From positions 65,141,914-65,179,921 of the forward strand of contig NC_068983.1 in assembly GCF_001194135.2 (NCBI RefSeq): a DNA stretch of 38,008 nt, read 5' to 3'. The notes beneath the pieces are model-generated. The model made no database searches. It was not told the origin of the DNA and was given only the letters and a program-made list of their open reading frames with translations. The stretch is from Octopus bimaculoides (lineage: Eukaryota). Positions 34,602 to 38,008 of the stretch are shown here, piece after piece (positions within the stretch are counted from its first letter, which is position 1; each line of letters opens with the position of its first letter). Position numbers and translations under genes: made by a program.

Positions 34602-35900
34602 CTAAAATATGCGCTTGTAGGTTTTTACTATTTTTACTATTATTTAGATATTAGCAATTGTGTCTAATTTATATACAATGAATCTCTAGATGTTTGATAA
34701 AATCTGTTATCTCAAGATCTTAACAGATCCCATACAGTTACACGAGATTATGTTTCTTTCTTGGTTGTGATCACAACTTTGGAAATGAATATTTCGTATT
34801 GCTAAGTTTGATTTTTAATCAGGATTATGAACTTTTATTTCTAAATTTATTTTGGAGCGTAGTATATCAAAGAATAATCTTATTAATGTAGGCATTACCA
34901 ATCTCAATTATATAGTGTATGCGAGATAGGGTCCCGAGTAAACTCTTTACATGGTGCCGAGTGTTAAAGAACGTCAAGAACGGATGTGACAAATCACCTC
35001 AGAATCACCGAGATTACGATATCCATCATTTTAGGTGGTTCCAAGGCTAGTTTCCTTGCTTGGTCTGTTACTTTCAGATGTTCCTTAACACTCGGTATTC
35101 TGTAGTGAGCTTTTCTACGGCGCTATACTGCAGCGAATTCGGCGTATAAACAAAGCACATAAAATATGTATGTGTAATCGATAATTTTTACAGTACTTGA
35201 GTTCCTTTGAATTCGTAATTTAATCTCATTAATATTTCATCTGAGATACTCAAAACTTAAAGACATTACATCGCTTTCAAAATAAAAATATAATTTTATG
35301 TTTAAAATGACTACATTATATATTAGTAATAACAGATCGCATTATTAGATATAGTGCTATTAGTTTGTTGTGGAGAGCCGGGTGAGAAATAATGTTATTC
35401 ATTGATTTTCATGCGGCATCAGCAGTTTAAATGATGTTATTTAAGCTCATTCGAGAATATATATTGTGCAACAGACTCAAGTGGCCAAGAACTCACTTCT
35501 TGCACAAAAATCCTTCTGTGTCGTATTTATATTAAAATATATTGCGTTTGATAATTTTGTAAGTTTCCATAGAGAGTTAAACAATTTAAAACTTGTGTAA
35601 AATTTAAATAGTCGCCTTTAATTTTCAAATACAATCAATATTTTGAAGATTTAAATTAAAAATTGAAATCATGAATAGTTTCAACGCTTCATCGCTTTAT
35701 CTCATTAGCAATTTAAACTTCCGGTCGTAGAAGAATAGAATTTTATATGAGTTAATTAAACTTAATGTATAAATGATTGTAAGTAAATAAGCAGAATTAA
35801 CATACAATATAAATACGTTTCTTATAGTAATTGGAGCAGTCGAACCGTCCAGTTAGTTGATTGAAAACGTTATTTATTTACTAAATAAAGTATCCTTTAC

Positions 35901-35935
35901 GTCTACTCCGATCCTGCGTAACACCGGTTCGGAGA
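35901..35935 (-). CDS. Candidate internal exon (35 bp, phase 2-1)
   Basis: aaattacttcag| ... gac|gtaaag; sharp GC-rich island; LRTGVTQDRSR. Confidence 0.45.
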
Positions 35936-36259
35936 CTGAAGTAATTTAACGTTCTAATACACATGCAAACCTACAAAACAATACCTAAACACGTGAGCAC
36001 GCACACGCACACTCTTACACACACGCACCTGCAAACATACAGGAATTTATAGATTCAATTCTTTGCCTGATTGTAAAAACTGAGTAAGACTCTCGTACGC
36101 AGTTGAGTTAATATATGGTGTTGCAATGTTACTCGAGCAGAGTAACAGCAAAATCCAATGGAACAACAAAACTGACTGCCAAACGTTGGTCTTCACGCAA
36201 CAAAGGACGCGTATAGGATGTGTTTTTACAGAATGAGTTCCTATGCAAAATATTCTCAC

Positions 36260-36622
36260 TTTACAGCAAAAAGTTTAAAATATATGTTATAATCCATTTC
36301 ATAATTATATGCTGCAATCAAACAGTGACGAGAAATAAAATGAAAATCTTTGCCCCTCATATGAGTTAACTCTATTGAATTATTTGGTTGTCCCGTCGAA
36401 GCAGTAACAATGCGTGAACAATGTGAGCATTCTGTGTAGAAGGCTGAAGTAAAATATTTTCCCGGGGATAAAGGTAAATAAGGAATAATATTCATGAATA
36501 TATTTTCAAATAAATCTTGAAAGCAATGGAGCCAACCGGATTTCTGTCGATGTAACAAAGTATTAAGTAACAAGCTATATGGAAAGGGCCACAGTGGAGT
36601 CGTCCCAGATCGTTGTATGACT
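36260..36622 (-). CDS. Candidate internal exon (363 bp, phase 2-2)
   Basis: Occupies nearly all of the 126-codon non-repetitive ORF 36256-36636. Acceptor tttcttttttcttttgtatggataataatag|, donor aa|gtgaga just before the ORF stop. Confidence 0.55.
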
Positions 36623-37310
36623 CTATTATTATCCATACAAAAGAAAAAAGAAATATTCTTTCGTAAAATTTATTGAGAATATGGTGTCATTAATTTTAAG
36701 TTATGGCACAATGAATAGGAAGGATTCATGAGAGAAAATCTGTTGAGCCATGGTGATTTATTCTCAACAAAATGCCGGCTAATAAGGCTGTATATTTCAT
36801 GTTCAATCACTCAAATATACGTTTAAGATACTTATAAACACCATGTGTTTTTCATTCAAAATTAACAGCTCAGATGTATACTTTTCAAGCAAATATATCA
36901 GGTTTGACAACTGTCTATTAATAATTTAGAAAATCGCCAAGGGATGTATAAAGTAAGGAAAGAAATTATTCAGCCATTTGGTCGCTGTGATTTTCGTTTC
37001 AATTTACATTTCAATTAAAATAGAAGAGAACAATTTCACAAGCTGTGTTTGATAGTAAATATGTCAAATATCGATTGCTTACTTCAGCAAAATGCCAGAA
37101 AATAATTTAAATATATAAGTAATTAGACGTTTTCTGTAATAAGAATGTAATTTGACAAAATAATAAAATATATAAACATCATCATCAGGTACTACTACCA
37201 TAGCTGAAAGCATCATTCTACTACCACTAGAACAAAGTTCACAGATATGAGCCATTGATTATTGCAATTCATACAATTCGTCTTTAACGGGAAATAATTA
37301 CCTTCCTTAC

Positions 37311-37380
37311 ACCAAAGTGAGAAACAATTTTTGAAGTACGCTCCTGCTGTGCAAGGAATATTCCATTCCAGCAAATACTT
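37311..37380 (-). CDS. Candidate internal exon (70 bp, phase 1-2; second donor at 37302)
   Basis: catttttatttcag| ... gt|gtaagg; VFAGMEYSLHSRSVLQKLFLTL. The alternative donor aag|gtaatt gives a different frame (KYLLEWNIPCTAGAYFKNCFSLWCKE). Confidence 0.55.
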
Positions 37381-38008
37381 CTGAAATAAAAATGCAGAAA
37401 ATGTGATATTTTAATTTGAACTCATAATTCTTATATAAACGCATGTATATGTGTGTATGTGTGTGTGTGTATATGTATGTGTGATTGAGCGCTGCCGCAC
37501 AGTTGTGTGTTGTTGTTCACGTCATTGCTGCCGTACTGACTGATGCTAATGTTCCCGTTGCTGTGTGGCTGTTGTTGTTGTCACTAGCTCGAAGATGGTT
37601 GTTGTCGCCGTGGTTGTTACTGTTGCTGTTATTGTGCTGATTGTTATCACTGCTATTTTTTGTCCTTATGGTTCTTGGCTTTGCTAGTGTGCGGGTTTGT
37701 GATCTGTGATATCAACCGGTTCCATGGCATCGCTTCTGTGCTCGTTTGTTTAGCATTTCACACACATTTTCTATAAATCGAGCTCTGCACCCTCTTAGAT
37801 ATAGTATCCATCAGCGTTGAGTTCTCTGTCTCAGCCTTGTCACACCTGCTTAGGCGACAGCGAGTTAGTTAAGGGCGAAATTGTACCCCAACGTCTTCGA
37901 TATGTCGAATCTGAGTGGGGGAATATGTATATATATTGAAATATGTGTGTAGGTATATACTGCATGGATGTATATAATATATATATATATGTATGTATTA
38001 TATATATA

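Noticed and set aside
34895-35125. Two 35-40 codon minus-strand frames with splice-like ends
   Set aside because: Such lengths are expected by chance at this GC content, and the phases need non-canonical sites.

Overview
AT-rich, microsatellite-dense animal genomic DNA with ten N gaps. The tRNA-derived SINE family and overall repeat content match a coleoid cephalopod, most likely Octopus (recognised from memory, not searched). Most long ORFs in the supplied track are artefacts of gaps or microsatellites. The window contains: (i) five Penelope-like retroelement (PLE) GIY-YIG remnants of three sub-types, with hammerhead ribozyme (HHR) motifs at their 3' ends, including one with a fully canonical core at 20879-20964; (ii) a ~1.5 kb near-palindrome of two head-to-head PLE copies, whose tail reads tRNA-like box, (AAT)n, hammerhead; (iii) a Helitron with a helicase remnant, an intact 5' end and ~200 bp tandem repeats; (iv) an 870 bp terminal-inverted-repeat (TIR) element with an 8 bp target-site duplication (TSD) that encloses inverted telomere-like arrays; (v) several SINE pieces and a decayed L1/Tx1 3' end; (vi) a hand-built, phase-consistent chain of eight minus-strand exons (37380 to 15565, ~279 aa, family not recognised), largely missed by the ORF track. 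All alignments, folds and splice models were done by eye and need computational confirmation.
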